Source: Candidatus Zixiibacteriota bacterium
GTDB taxonomy: Bacteria > Zixibacteria > MSB-5A5 > GN15 > JAAZOE01
DNA: 64,000 nucleotides
Direction of reading: 5' to 3'
Assembly (NCBI GenBank): GCA_043819555.1
Contig: JBDREQ010000020.1
Span: forward strand, 89,132 to 153,131
A program made the translations under genes and the position numbers. This document shows, in pieces, positions 39,658 through 49,710 of the stretch (within the stretch, counting starts at the first letter, position 1; the number at the start of each line of letters is the position of its first letter). The notes under the pieces were generated by a model that saw nothing but the letters and a program-made list of their open reading frames with translations, ran no database searches and was not told the origin of the DNA.

Positions 39658-41613
39658 ATGTTGGAATTGAAAAAAGGTGACGACATACTTGCCGTCGTCG
39701 GCGGAATTCACAACAAACGGGAAGCTAATGCGTTATTTAAAAAAACCTTGAACAAGAAAACACTTGATAAACTTTCGAAGATAAAAAATGAAGAAGCTTT
39801 GCTCAAGGTTGCGAACGCGATTGCCATGTGCAAACCCAAAGATGTATTTATCAATACCGGTTCCAAGAGCGACGCAAAGTGGATCCGCGAATATTCTCTC
39901 AAGAAAGGTGAGGAAAAACCGCTGGCCATGAAAGATCATACGATACATTATGATCTGGCCAAAGAACAAGGCCGCCTGGTCGCACAGACTTTTTATATTG
40001 TCAATAAGGGCGAGAAGCTCAGCCCACTGGCCAAGAAACTAGACCGTGCCGATGCGATGGAATATGTAAAAAAATATATGCCCGGGATCATGTCGGGCAA
40101 AACCCTGATGATTGGTTTCTTCAGCCGCGGCCCGATCGGCGCCGTTGGTTCGATTCCGGCCATTGAAATCTCTTCTTCAACATATGTAATGCACTCCGGA
40201 GATATTCTATATCGCAATTGCTATAAGCATTTTGACGCGGAAGTAAAAAGAAAAGGGATATTTTATACGAATGTTCATGCTGAGGGCAACAATACTATCG
40301 AAGATCTTCCCAATGCCCGAATCCTGATGGATCGCAGCTGGTTTACAACCTTCTCCACTTTTTGCACTTATGCCGGAAATACTTTATTGTTGAAGAAAGG
40401 CAATCACAGGTTTTCGGTTGATTATGCCACTTATTTCAGGCATGGTGAAGAATTATCCGAGCATATGTTCATTACCGGCATCAAAGGTCCGGGCGGCCGC
40501 GTAACTTATTTTGCGGGCGCGGCGCCATCAGGATGCGGCAAAACCACCAGCGCGATGGCTGGAACCGATTTTATTGGCGATGACCTGGCCCAAATCTGGA
40601 TTGACAAAGATGGCACTTGCCGCGCTGTCAATCCGGAGCAGGGGATTTTCGGCATCGTCGCGGATGTAAATAAAGAAGGCGATCCCCATTTGATGAAATG
40701 TTTACGGGAAGAAGGAAGCGAAGTTATCTGGTCCAATGTCCTGATTGATAAGAATAACAAACCGCACTGGACCGGCAACGGAGAAAAACATCCCAAAAAA
40801 GGAATTAATTTTCAAGGCGAATGGTTCGAAGGCAAGACTGATGAAAATGGAAAGCCGATTCCGCTTTCGCATCCCAATTCTCGCTGTACTTTGCGCTGTG
40901 ATCAGATCGCCATTTACAACAAGAAAGTCGGCGAAAGCCCGAACGGCGCTCCGGTAAAAGTATTTACCTATTCCGGACGCGACGCGGACACTATGCCTCC
41001 TATCTGGGTTTCGAAAGACGGAGATGGCGGCGTTCTTATTGGAGCTTCGATCGTGTCGCAGGCAACAGCGACTGAAGTAGGCGCGACCGGCGTTAAGCGT
41101 CAACCCTGGGCCAATGCTCCGTTTATTCCGGGATCACTGGCTGATTATATGGATGCCCAGATGAAATTTTTCAGCAATCCGAAATTCAGCGATGCTGGTC
41201 GTCCGATTATATCCGGCCTGAATTATTTCCTGACTCATGAAAAACGAGGCAGTAGTGGGAAAGGCCTTCTTGGTGAGAAAAAAGATGTACCGGTATGGTT
41301 GAGCTGGCTGGATCGTTTTGCTCACGGAGAGGTCGAAGCCATTGATACTCCGATAGGTTATATTCCGAAATATAAAGATTTGAAAAAACTCTTCAAGGAA
41401 GTCATCAACAAGAAATACTCTGAAGAGCTTTACACCATGCAATTCTCGCTGTATATCGATAATATTATTGCACGGATTGATTTGCAGGATGAAGCCTACA
41501 CTAAAGAGGGTGGCATTCCCAAAAAGTTCTTTAATTTGCTTAAGGAGCAAAAGACCGCTCTCGAAGCGCTCAAGGCGAAACATGGTTCGGTGGTAAAACC
41601 GCAGGACCTGTAA
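39658..41613 (+). CDS. pckG: Phosphoenolpyruvate carboxykinase (GTP)
   Basis: YAGNTLLLKK, LSEHMFI, APSGCGKTT, IGDDLAQI, RAVNPEQGIFG, SHPNSRC, NYFL motifs. Confidence 0.93.
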   Translation: MLELKKGDDILAVVGGIHNKREANALFKKTLNKKTLDKLSKIKNEEALLKVANAIAMCKPKDVFINTGSKSDAKWIREYSLKKGEEKPLAMKDHTIHYDLAKEQGRLVAQTFYIVNKGEKLSPLAKKLDRADAMEYVKKYMPGIMSGKTLMIGFFSRGPIGAVGSIPAIEISSSTYVMHSGDILYRNCYKHFDAEVKRKGIFYTNVHAEGNNTIEDLPNARILMDRSWFTTFSTFCTYAGNTLLLKKGNHRFSVDYATYFRHGEELSEHMFITGIKGPGGRVTYFAGAAPSGCGKTTSAMAGTDFIGDDLAQIWIDKDGTCRAVNPEQGIFGIVADVNKEGDPHLMKCLREEGSEVIWSNVLIDKNNKPHWTGNGEKHPKKGINFQGEWFEGKTDENGKPIPLSHPNSRCTLRCDQIAIYNKKVGESPNGAPVKVFTYSGRDADTMPPIWVSKDGDGGVLIGASIVSQATATEVGATGVKRQPWANAPFIPGSLADYMDAQMKFFSNPKFSDAGRPIISGLNYFLTHEKRGSSGKGLLGEKKDVPVWLSWLDRFAHGEVEAIDTPIGYIPKYKDLKKLFKEVINKKYSEELYTMQFSLYIDNIIARIDLQDEAYTKEGGIPKKFFNLLKEQKTALEALKAKHGSVVKPQDL

Positions 41614-41637
41614 ATCTGACGAGAATTATGCTTTTGG

Positions 41638-41673
41638 AAAAAGGCGTCCTTATTATGCCGGGACGCCTTTTTT
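41638..41673. terminator. Terminator after pckG (bidirectional)
   Basis: AAAAAGGCGTCC...GGACGCCTTTTTT. Confidence 0.85.
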
Positions 41674-41692
41674 TAATTAATTTTCCGCAAAG

Positions 41693-41935
41693 CTATATTT
41701 GAAAATAGCAATTAAGCGTGGGTACCGGCTGCGAGAGCTTTGCGTCTTTGGCGGTCAACGCCTTTCCACCAATTCCCCACGAACCGCTTTTCATTTCCTC
41801 AATTACAACAGTGGTAACTTCGCGCATATTCTCGCCTTCAATGGAGACCATCGCATCGGTGAGTTTTTCAATAATTTCCCTTTTTTGGGTGTCGGAAAAG
41901 ACGCCTTCGATTAATTTAACTTCAATAAATGGCAT
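41693..41935 (-). CDS. 4-oxalocrotonate tautomerase family protein, probable 1-bp deletion near the 3' end
   Basis: Pro-1 (MPFIEVK), QKREIIEKLTDAMV, WGIGG; the family-like tail KALAAG is present in a shifted frame. Confidence 0.85.
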   Translation of the reverse strand: MPFIEVKLIEGVFSDTQKREIIEKLTDAMVSIEGENMREVTTVVIEEMKSGSWGIGGKALTAKDAKLSQPVPTLNCYFQI

Positions 41936-42142
41936 TTGATTTACTCCTTAAAGTAATGTTAAAGATATATATTTTTCTTCGCTAATTAAGCACGTTGGCG
42001 TACCTTGCCTGAGTAGTACGATTCGAGATTGATTAGTATTGGATATGATTCTCGGCAAAAATGATAATGTTGCCGGAACAAAACACCGTGAAGTCATCTG
42101 AAGGCTGATATAAAATCCAACCTTCTTCCATTATTATAGTTT

Positions 42143-42778
42143 TTATAAGCTGGCGTTGATTGCAAAGGCCGGATTTTCAGATTCAATCATCATAAAGGAA
42201 ATGGCCAGCCAATTATTGGCATTCCATGATGCTCCTTCGTGGTAGGATATGCCGTCGTAACTAACAAACAGGCTGTAATTTTCAAAAATACCAGCAGTTG
42301 CTCCATATAGTTCGAAAGCCTCGTCAGCATCAGGTAATAGCATAGCAGCTCCGGCGCTAAAACTCAAACTGAAGTTTGAGTTTAGGTTTATTGATTTCAA
42401 AAGCTGGGTATAGATTGACTGGTCATTGCCGCCGATTTGAACGCTGCCGCTTCCGATAATTATTCCGGGGCGCCAATTGTCCTTTTGTTCAATTAGAGGC
42501 TGGACTCGAACGTTCCAGATAAATTTATCAGTTCTGACAGCGTATCCAATACCAGCGTCCAGCCAATTGAAGATTCCGTATTTCATATTGATGACCATAC
42601 GCTCTTCGTCTGCATCGGGGATGGCTAATACGGAAGTCATGATCGAGTTTTTGGCGAGGAGAGCTCCCTCGCTGTACCCCGCTCCGGAACATACCGGACA
42701 GTTGGGACCGCATTCCTGCGCGAAAGATAAGTTAGAGATCAAAATCATTATTAGAAAAATGAAAATCCATATTCTCAC
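42143..42778 (-). CDS. Exported hypothetical protein, probable small beta-barrel with N-terminal CxxxCxxC
   Basis: Signal peptide, then QECGPNCPVCSG and amphipathic beta-strand patterns; directly downstream of czcA on the same strand. Confidence 0.7.
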   Translation of the reverse strand: MRIWIFIFLIMILISNLSFAQECGPNCPVCSGAGYSEGALLAKNSIMTSVLAIPDADEERMVINMKYGIFNWLDAGIGYAVRTDKFIWNVRVQPLIEQKDNWRPGIIIGSGSVQIGGNDQSIYTQLLKSINLNSNFSLSFSAGAAMLLPDADEAFELYGATAGIFENYSLFVSYDGISYHEGASWNANNWLAISFMMIESENPAFAINASL

Positions 42779-42822
42779 AATTATTTTCCTTCCTTTATGT
42801 TTTATTCAAATCTCGGATGGAC

Positions 42823-45800
42823 TTAGTTGTCATTTATTCGCCTCACTTTAGGCGCGAACCATCCATATAAGACCGGTATCAGTATTAACGTTAAAAAAGT
42901 GGATGAAAGCAACCCAAATACTACTACTATAGCCAGCGGCCGCTGGACTTCCGATCCCATCCCACGGGACAATAATAAAGGTACCAATCCCAAAATCGTA
43001 GTCAGGGCGGTCATTAAAACCGGTCTAAGCCTCAGCAAACAGGCCTGCATAATCGCTTCATTTATTGATGTGCCCCGGCTCCGCAATTGATCCATATAAG
43101 AAACAAGGACTAATCCATTTTGAACAGCGATGCCGAAAAGAGCTATAAATCCAACCGAGGCGGGAACGGAAAGATATTCGCCGGTAAAATACAGTCCCAA
43201 AACTCCACCGATTAAAGCCAGTGGAACATTTATAAAAATTAGCGAGGCGCTGCGAATGGTTCCGAATGACATATAGAGCATCAGAAAGATCAGTGCGAAA
43301 GTAACCGGAACAATGATTCCCAATCGTTTCATTGCCCGTTCCTGGTTTTCGAATTGTCCCCCGTATTCAAGATAATATCCGGATGGTAATTCAATATTCT
43401 CTTTCACCAGATTTTTGATATCGCCCACGACTCCGCCCATATCGCGTCCGCGGACATTGGCTGATATGACCCAACGGCGCTGGTTTTTCTCGCGGTTAAT
43501 TTGAATTGGGCCATTCAATGTTTCAACGCGGGCAACCTGAGAAAGCGGCAGAAGGATTCCGTCGGTAGATTGGATAAGTAAATTTTTTATCGCTTCGGGA
43601 TCATTACGATGCCGTTCATCGAAGCGGACATGAATTCCGAAACGGCGTGTATTCAGGAAAATATGATCAATGACTTCTCCGCCAATTGCCAGTTCAACTA
43701 CTTCAAGGATATCAGAAACGTTGACACCATAACGGGCACATGCCTCTCGGTTTGCGATAATCTGTACCTGCGGCTGGCCAAAGCTTTGCTCTATAGAAAG
43801 ATCAACTAAACCCTCGACAGATTCAATAGCATGTTCAATCTCCTCCGCTTTGGAACGCAGTATATTCAGATCCTCACCAAAAATTTTTATAGCTAATTGG
43901 GTCCGAACGCCAGAAAGTAACTCGTCAAACATATTTTGAATTGGTTGTGAAAAATTGAGTTTTATGCCGGGATATTGAGAGAGTTTTGTATTGAGGGCTT
44001 CGATTATTTCAGCCTTGGAATCATATTGATTCCATTCTGCCTTCGGTTTAAGCATAATCTGAATGTGGGATGAATTGACCGGATGCGGGTGACTGCCCGC
44101 TTCGGGTCGGCCGATTTTTGATATTGTCTGATCAACTCCGTCGAAATCAATTATGAGTCGTTCGATTTTCATTATGGTTTCGGTCGCCTTTTCGAGTGAA
44201 ATCGAAGGCGCCATCGTAATATTTATTTGAATGATACCTTCTTCAAGAGTAGGAATAAACTCGGTACCCAATTGTGGAATAAGAGCCAGCGATCCTCCGA
44301 AGATGACAAGCGTAATGACGACTATTAGTATTTTCTGACGCAGGACAAAATTCAATAAGGGTTGGTAGGCGCTTTTAATGAAACGAACAACGACAAACTC
44401 AGGTTTTGTTTTCTTGCTAAGCAGAAGCGATGACAAAACGGGGGAAAAGACAAGGGCCGCAATTAGTGAGCCAAACAGGGCGAAAGTAATTGTAAAGGCC
44501 ATCGGTGAAAACATCTTGCCTTCGACTCCTTCAAGAGTGAATAGCGGAATAAAAACGATAATAATAATTGATACCGAAAATATAATCGGGCGCATAACTT
44601 CGCGGCAGGCGATATTGATAATCTTAAATTTGCTCTTGTCTTTATATTTTTCATCGGATAAATGACGATAAATGTTTTCAACGATAACGATCGAAGCATC
44701 GCCTAACATGCCAATCGCAATGGCAATTCCTCCAAGAGACATAAGATTGGCCGACATGCCCGCCAAACCCATAAATATAGCCGCAATCAGGGCGCAAACC
44801 GGTAACGCCAAAGCAACGATAAAGGCGCTTCGGGCGTTTCCCATAAAAAGGGCCAAAACCAATATTACCAAAATGGCGCCAAGCCAGAGAGCGTCGCGCA
44901 CGGTTTTGACGGCATTGTCAACAAGGGAGGTCTGGTTGTAATAAGGAACCAGCTGAACACCTTGCGGAAGCGATGCCTGGACCTGCGGTATCTTTTGCTC
45001 CAGTTCGCTTATCACTTCGGATGTATTAGTGCCGAATAGTTTCATCACTATTCCGGCGACGACTTCATCGGTTCCATTGCGGGTTACCACTCCGCGGCGA
45101 ATTTCTTCTCCATAATCTACTTCGGCGACATCTCCAAGTCGAACGGGTGTGCCTCCATATACTTTTATTTGTACATTTCGCAGATCTTCTCGTTTTTCCA
45201 TAAGACCGATGCCGCGCACAAGGTATTCCTCCGAACCCAGCACCAGGAACTGCCCGCCGGCATTGCGGTTATTGTTGGTGACAGATTCAACAATATCATC
45301 AAGACCCAATCCGAATTTATTAAGTGCGAATGGATCGATTTTGATTTGATATTGAAGAACATGACCGCCCATTGACAGTATGTCCGTCACGCCGGGAACA
45401 GTCTGCAATTGATATTTTACAATCCAGTCATTTACTTCCCGGAGATAAGTATTAAGCTGTTTACCTTCAGTATTTACAGAATTGTCGGCGGTTAGATAAT
45501 ACATATATACTTCACCGAGGCCGGTAGAAATCGGCCCCAAGCCGGGCGGTTCATGCATTTCGGGAAGGTCAGAAGAAACCCCTGCCAATCTCTCGGACAC
45601 TATCTGGCGGGCAAAATAGATGTCAATAATATCTTCGAAATAGACATATACAACGGCCATGCCAAAAGCCGAAGTGGATTTTATTAGCTTTACGCCGGGA
45701 AGGCCGTTCATAGCCGATTCGATTGGAAAAGTTATCAGGCGCTCAATTTCCTCGGGCGCCATACCATGGGCCTCGGCAAAGACCGGAACCATCACCGGAG

Positions 45801-45924
45801 ATATGTCCGGAAAGGCGTCGGTGGGCAGGTTTTGGTATTGATATATCCCCACGCCGATAATGCACAAAAGAATAACGACAATGAACAGTCGGTTTTTCAA
45901 AACGCTATTAAAATAATTTTTCAT
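42823..45924 (-). CDS. czcA: CusA/CzcA-family heavy-metal RND efflux permease
   Basis: LPTDAFPDIS, ANLMSLGGIAIAIG, IVIVEN, GVEGKMFSPMA, GGQFENQERA, RLRPVLMTALT, GSEVQRPLA. Confidence 0.95.
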   Translation of the reverse strand: MKNYFNSVLKNRLFIVVILLCIIGVGIYQYQNLPTDAFPDISPVMVPVFAEAHGMAPEEIERLITFPIESAMNGLPGVKLIKSTSAFGMAVVYVYFEDIIDIYFARQIVSERLAGVSSDLPEMHEPPGLGPISTGLGEVYMYYLTADNSVNTEGKQLNTYLREVNDWIVKYQLQTVPGVTDILSMGGHVLQYQIKIDPFALNKFGLGLDDIVESVTNNNRNAGGQFLVLGSEEYLVRGIGLMEKREDLRNVQIKVYGGTPVRLGDVAEVDYGEEIRRGVVTRNGTDEVVAGIVMKLFGTNTSEVISELEQKIPQVQASLPQGVQLVPYYNQTSLVDNAVKTVRDALWLGAILVILVLALFMGNARSAFIVALALPVCALIAAIFMGLAGMSANLMSLGGIAIAIGMLGDASIVIVENIYRHLSDEKYKDKSKFKIINIACREVMRPIIFSVSIIIIVFIPLFTLEGVEGKMFSPMAFTITFALFGSLIAALVFSPVLSSLLLSKKTKPEFVVVRFIKSAYQPLLNFVLRQKILIVVITLVIFGGSLALIPQLGTEFIPTLEEGIIQINITMAPSISLEKATETIMKIERLIIDFDGVDQTISKIGRPEAGSHPHPVNSSHIQIMLKPKAEWNQYDSKAEIIEALNTKLSQYPGIKLNFSQPIQNMFDELLSGVRTQLAIKIFGEDLNILRSKAEEIEHAIESVEGLVDLSIEQSFGQPQVQIIANREACARYGVNVSDILEVVELAIGGEVIDHIFLNTRRFGIHVRFDERHRNDPEAIKNLLIQSTDGILLPLSQVARVETLNGPIQINREKNQRRWVISANVRGRDMGGVVGDIKNLVKENIELPSGYYLEYGGQFENQERAMKRLGIIVPVTFALIFLMLYMSFGTIRSASLIFINVPLALIGGVLGLYFTGEYLSVPASVGFIALFGIAVQNGLVLVSYMDQLRSRGTSINEAIMQACLLRLRPVLMTALTTILGLVPLLLSRGMGSEVQRPLAIVVVFGLLSSTFLTLILIPVLYGWFAPKVRRINDN

Positions 45925-45938
45925 TCGGCCAACTCCCC

Positions 45939-47054
45939 TCAATGCCCATGTCCGGCATGTCCGCCCAATGAACTGGTGACTAATTTGGCTTTCAATTCAA
46001 AGGCGCCATTGGCGACGTATTGTGCTCCCTGCTCGAGACCGGAGAGAACTTTTATATATTTGGAATCGTATTCACCGGTTTCAATGCGGGTTATTACAAA
46101 ATGCCCGGGACCTTCAGCGACAAAGACAACATTTTCGTTATCAAGAATCTGAACAGCATCTTTTTCGATTAACAGTCCGGGCTGTCCATAATCGGTTGTG
46201 ACAACGGCATGAACAAATGTTCCAGGACGCCACTTATTATTCGGATTGGGTAGCACCACCCGGGCAGTTATACTACGGGTATTGACATCAACGATGGGTG
46301 TGATGTATTCTATCGTTCCCTCTGCGTGAATATTAGAACTAATTGACTCGATGGAAACTTTCATATCCGGTTTTACGCGATCAGCATCCCTGGGATATAC
46401 CGCCAGATTAACCCAGACCGTCGATAAATCGACGATAACATAGATACTATTTTCGGCCGAAACGAATTCACCTTTGGAAATATGGCGCATAATTATCCAT
46501 CCCGAAATCGGGGATTTAATATTATATGCGCTCATGCTTTCATTGCTCTCAATTACAGCGAGAATATCACCTCCATTGGCGTAATCCCCGACAGAAAATC
46601 GAGCCTCGCGGGCAATACCCTCAAAACGAGGGGAGATGTGCACAACCTGATCTTCGTTGAATGTGATTTCCCCCGGAAGATTGAGGGAGTTGCCCAGGCG
46701 GCCTTTAATGACGGTTGAAATGCTTATGCCCGCCATTTCTATCGCCTCCTCGGTTAATTCAATGACTTCCTCATCTCCATGCTCATCATGCTCGTTGCCC
46801 TCAATTTGCTCCGCGGCATGGTCATGACCATCATCAACTTCATCGTCATAATCATCATCATGATGTTCCGGGTTCTCCCTCAATTCATTTTTCTTATGAT
46901 CGTCATCTTTTTTCTGATCATGCTTATGCTGGTCAGTTTGATTTTGGATAAAAGTTGTAGTATCGGTCAGGGACAGGGACCAAAATGCGAATGTCAGAGC
47001 GGTCACTATTAAAATCAGCCGAGATATAGATAATTTTGTTGATTTCATCTTCAT
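45939..47054 (-). CDS. czcB: CzcB-like membrane fusion protein with His/Asp-rich N-terminal insert
   Basis: HKHDQKKDDDH...HHDDDYDD...HDHA...HDEHG insert, DLSTVWV, WRPGTFV, C-terminal GHAGHGH. Confidence 0.9.
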   Translation of the reverse strand: MKMKSTKLSISRLILIVTALTFAFWSLSLTDTTTFIQNQTDQHKHDQKKDDDHKKNELRENPEHHDDDYDDEVDDGHDHAAEQIEGNEHDEHGDEEVIELTEEAIEMAGISISTVIKGRLGNSLNLPGEITFNEDQVVHISPRFEGIAREARFSVGDYANGGDILAVIESNESMSAYNIKSPISGWIIMRHISKGEFVSAENSIYVIVDLSTVWVNLAVYPRDADRVKPDMKVSIESISSNIHAEGTIEYITPIVDVNTRSITARVVLPNPNNKWRPGTFVHAVVTTDYGQPGLLIEKDAVQILDNENVVFVAEGPGHFVITRIETGEYDSKYIKVLSGLEQGAQYVANGAFELKAKLVTSSLGGHAGHGH

Positions 47055-47059
47055 ATCCT

Positions 47060-48385
47060 CTAGTTTTTTATGCTTTCAAGGGGAATGCCTATAGTTCTTT
47101 CCACTTCAATCTGCAGTTCTTTTATGTTTAGAAAGATATCATTTTTATCGAATCTTAGACCAATCAATGCACGTTTGCCTTCCAGGAGGCTTGTATAAGG
47201 GATGCGTCCGGCGTTGTATGCCTGTGTCAGGGATTCATAGGTTCTTTCTGCAGTGGGCAGGAGGAGGGAATCTATCATTTCCATTTTTTCATCCAACTGT
47301 ACTATCTTTCCAATTTGAGAACGAACGGTGGACGAGACTCTAGCTTTTTTATCATTTATCTCAAGGTCCAGCGCATTTATTTCGGCTTGAAGTCCGGCTC
47401 GCGCGCCCTGATTTCGATTAACGAAGGGGAGAGGCAGGGACAATCCCATAATGAAGGAGTTGGCTTTATCGCCCTGGAGACGCTTGATTCCCCCGCTGTA
47501 AGTTATGGCGGGATTTGCCTCGGCGCCAAGAAGTCGACTTTCCGAATCTATCATACCTCTTCGAAATATCATCTCCGTAATTTCTCTACTCGAATCGATA
47601 GAAATATCAAGCCCAGCGATATTTTTTAGACAATCATGTTTATCGATGCCGCAATTGGCGACAACAATGCCACTATCACTAGCGTTCCAAAGCGCCGATA
47701 ATTCCAGGCTTGCGTATTTTCGGTCGCATATGGCCTCGTTTAATTCCAGTTGGGCACTTTGCAATTCAAGTTGGGATAAGAGCAATTCAGATTGATGGAC
47801 TGCCCCAATCTTATTTCGATTCTCAATGTCACTTTGTATTGACTGTGATAACTCAAGCGCTTCCTGAGCCAGACATGCCTTATCCTGGGCATGAGTCAGG
47901 CGGAGATATCGCAATTTAGCGTCCAGAAATAAATCAAAAACCGATTTCTGATTGTTCCATCTTGTGTATTTTATGTTTGCCTGGGCATGTTGTTTCCGCG
48001 CCGCACGCTGTCCAAAAAGCTCAAATTTCTGCGATAGGATTATGGTCATTTCGGTTTCTTTGAAACCGGGAGCGTCCCACCCAAATTCCTCAAGTTCAAG
48101 ATTTAATTCAGGATTGAACCGAAGTCCGGCCTGACGCAGGTTCCCCTCGGATGATTCAAGATTCCATTTTAAAGATTTCAGGATTGGATTATTTTTCGCC
48201 ACAAGTCCTACAATATCATTGAGCGACAATGAATCGTAATTGACATGACGAGCATCCGCGTTCTCGAACGGCGACTGCCATTGAGCCGGGGATGAATCGG
48301 CAAAGGCCACACTTCCCATTAGCATCATGGCGACAGCGGCACAGCGGCATATCGCTCTTTTGTAAATTAGGTGTTTTAATCTCAT
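47060..48385 (-). CDS. czcC: TolC/CzcC-family outer-membrane efflux protein
   Basis: NNPIL...RFNPEL, SQKFELFGQRAAR, LSLPLPFVNRNQG, AYNAGRIPYTSLLE. Confidence 0.9.
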   Translation of the reverse strand: MRLKHLIYKRAICRCAAVAMMLMGSVAFADSSPAQWQSPFENADARHVNYDSLSLNDIVGLVAKNNPILKSLKWNLESSEGNLRQAGLRFNPELNLELEEFGWDAPGFKETEMTIILSQKFELFGQRAARKQHAQANIKYTRWNNQKSVFDLFLDAKLRYLRLTHAQDKACLAQEALELSQSIQSDIENRNKIGAVHQSELLLSQLELQSAQLELNEAICDRKYASLELSALWNASDSGIVVANCGIDKHDCLKNIAGLDISIDSSREITEMIFRRGMIDSESRLLGAEANPAITYSGGIKRLQGDKANSFIMGLSLPLPFVNRNQGARAGLQAEINALDLEINDKKARVSSTVRSQIGKIVQLDEKMEMIDSLLLPTAERTYESLTQAYNAGRIPYTSLLEGKRALIGLRFDKNDIFLNIKELQIEVERTIGIPLESIKN

Positions 48386-48493
48386 GAATAATTCCTTTGG
48401 TGTCTCTATTTGCCTTGTTGTAAGTGTGCTCGAAATATTTAGTTCAAGCACATTATACTAAGTCAGAGTTCTTAAATTTTGTTGAAGATAAAA

Positions 48494-48937
48494 TCAGCAA
48501 ATTAGGATAGATAATAATCCATAATTATCTATTCCGGGATCAATGAGGGGATTGGCAGAATTTATAAATTTGTCATAATCAGGATTACTTTTCAGGGAAG
48601 TATTAATCAATAAAGGAATTCCACAAGGATTTATTATGTCATTCAATAGTGATGCACCAATAATGGGAGCAGTTCTACTAAAACTATAAAACGCGATTAA
48701 CGGAATATCCGTGCAATTGCCGCAATCATGGGCACGCGATGATCCATGAATCGCGGGATTTCCGGGCGACAAATAAGTTGAACAATCGGTATGGCAGCAC
48801 GAATCCTTCGCCAACTCAATCTCGAATTGATTACTGCCTCCTACGCAGAGAACATCGCCGACACAGGATGCATAATTCGCCAGAAATAAGGCGGACAATA
48901 TGCCCCAACATATATAATCGCGGAACCGTTTCTTCAT
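48494..48937 (-). CDS. Cys/His-rich exported protein upstream of czcCBA (CzcI-like position)
   Basis: Hydrophobic N-terminus, VLC, CCHTDC, HDCGNCTDIP, C-terminal SILIC; TTGACA-16-TATATT promoter directly upstream. Confidence 0.6.
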   Translation of the reverse strand: MKKRFRDYICWGILSALFLANYASCVGDVLCVGGSNQFEIELAKDSCCHTDCSTYLSPGNPAIHGSSRAHDCGNCTDIPLIAFYSFSRTAPIIGASLLNDIINPCGIPLLINTSLKSNPDYDKFINSANPLIDPGIDNYGLLSILIC

Positions 48938-49166
48938 CGCGCCAATATAACAAAAAAATGGACTCTGTCAACCCCTGTTATGCAACTTGTTGAGGGGTAT
49001 GAGGCAAGTCGAAAAAAGCTGTAAATTTTAATCTTTTGAGTTTTTGAATTATGGTAATTTTTCACAGCTGCGCAGATTATTTGTAGTCAAGATGGGCTGT
49101 TTTCATCCTTTTAAGTATCCTTCTGGATCCTGATATTAGCGAAGGATATTCAAGGATATTCTTTGA

Positions 49167-49480
49167 GTCGCGCTCCTCGGTGATATCGGCCAGCTGGCGC
49201 CGAAGTTTTTGAACTTCCTCATCCGAGGCCTTCATCTTGCCCAAACCCGGAAAAGCTCCCCCGGGATCGGCCGCCAACTGCTTCTTCCAAAGATAAATCA
49301 CATTGACATGAAAACCAAGATCGCGAGCTATCTCGGTCGCTTTGCGACCGCCCTCGGTTACTAAACGAACTGCTTCAATCTTAAACTGACGGTCATATCG
49401 TCGCCTACGTTCCATTCAGACACCTCCTTAAGATATAAAATACACCTTAACTCCGTGTCCGTCAAATCGGGGGAAGGGCA
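49167..49480 (-). mobile_element. Truncated IS3-family element (left inverted repeat plus most of orfA)
   Basis: IRL-like TGCCCTTCCCCCGATTTGACGGACAC begins at 49480; orfA MERRRRYDRQFKIEAVRLV...IARDLG...LRRQLADITEERD breaks off before the usual ILKK frameshift window; no orfB. Confidence 0.85.
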
Positions 49481-49643
49481 ACTTGATACTTTGTTGAGGT
49501 ATGTCCTGTCAGGTTGCTCGAAGTAGCTAATGTGGGCACCGAGATCTTCGCCGCCATAAGGAAATTGCCAAGAATCAACGACTACTAATCATCTTAGCGT
49601 ACCGTGCCTTGATTCACGCAATCCCAAAAGGATCATATTCTGC

Positions 49644-49672
49644 TTGACAAATATAGTACTATCTCGTACTAT
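49644..49672 (+). promoter_or_regulatory. Sigma70-type promoter overlapped by a palindromic operator (probable MarR site)
   Basis: TTGACA-17-TACTAT with TAGTAC-tatctc-GTACTA spanning the spacer and overlapping the -10. Confidence 0.7.
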
Positions 49673-49710
49673 ACTATATAGAACTACCTAACTGGAAGGG
49701 CGAAGAAAAA

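Noticed and set aside
42143..42778. Radical SAM enzyme (CxxxCxxC)
   Set aside because: The motif follows a signal peptide in a short beta-rich exported protein; no TIM-barrel radical SAM features.
49077..49415. Functional IS3 transposase
   Set aside because: orfA is truncated at about 49167 and runs into unrelated sequence; no orfB or right inverted repeat.
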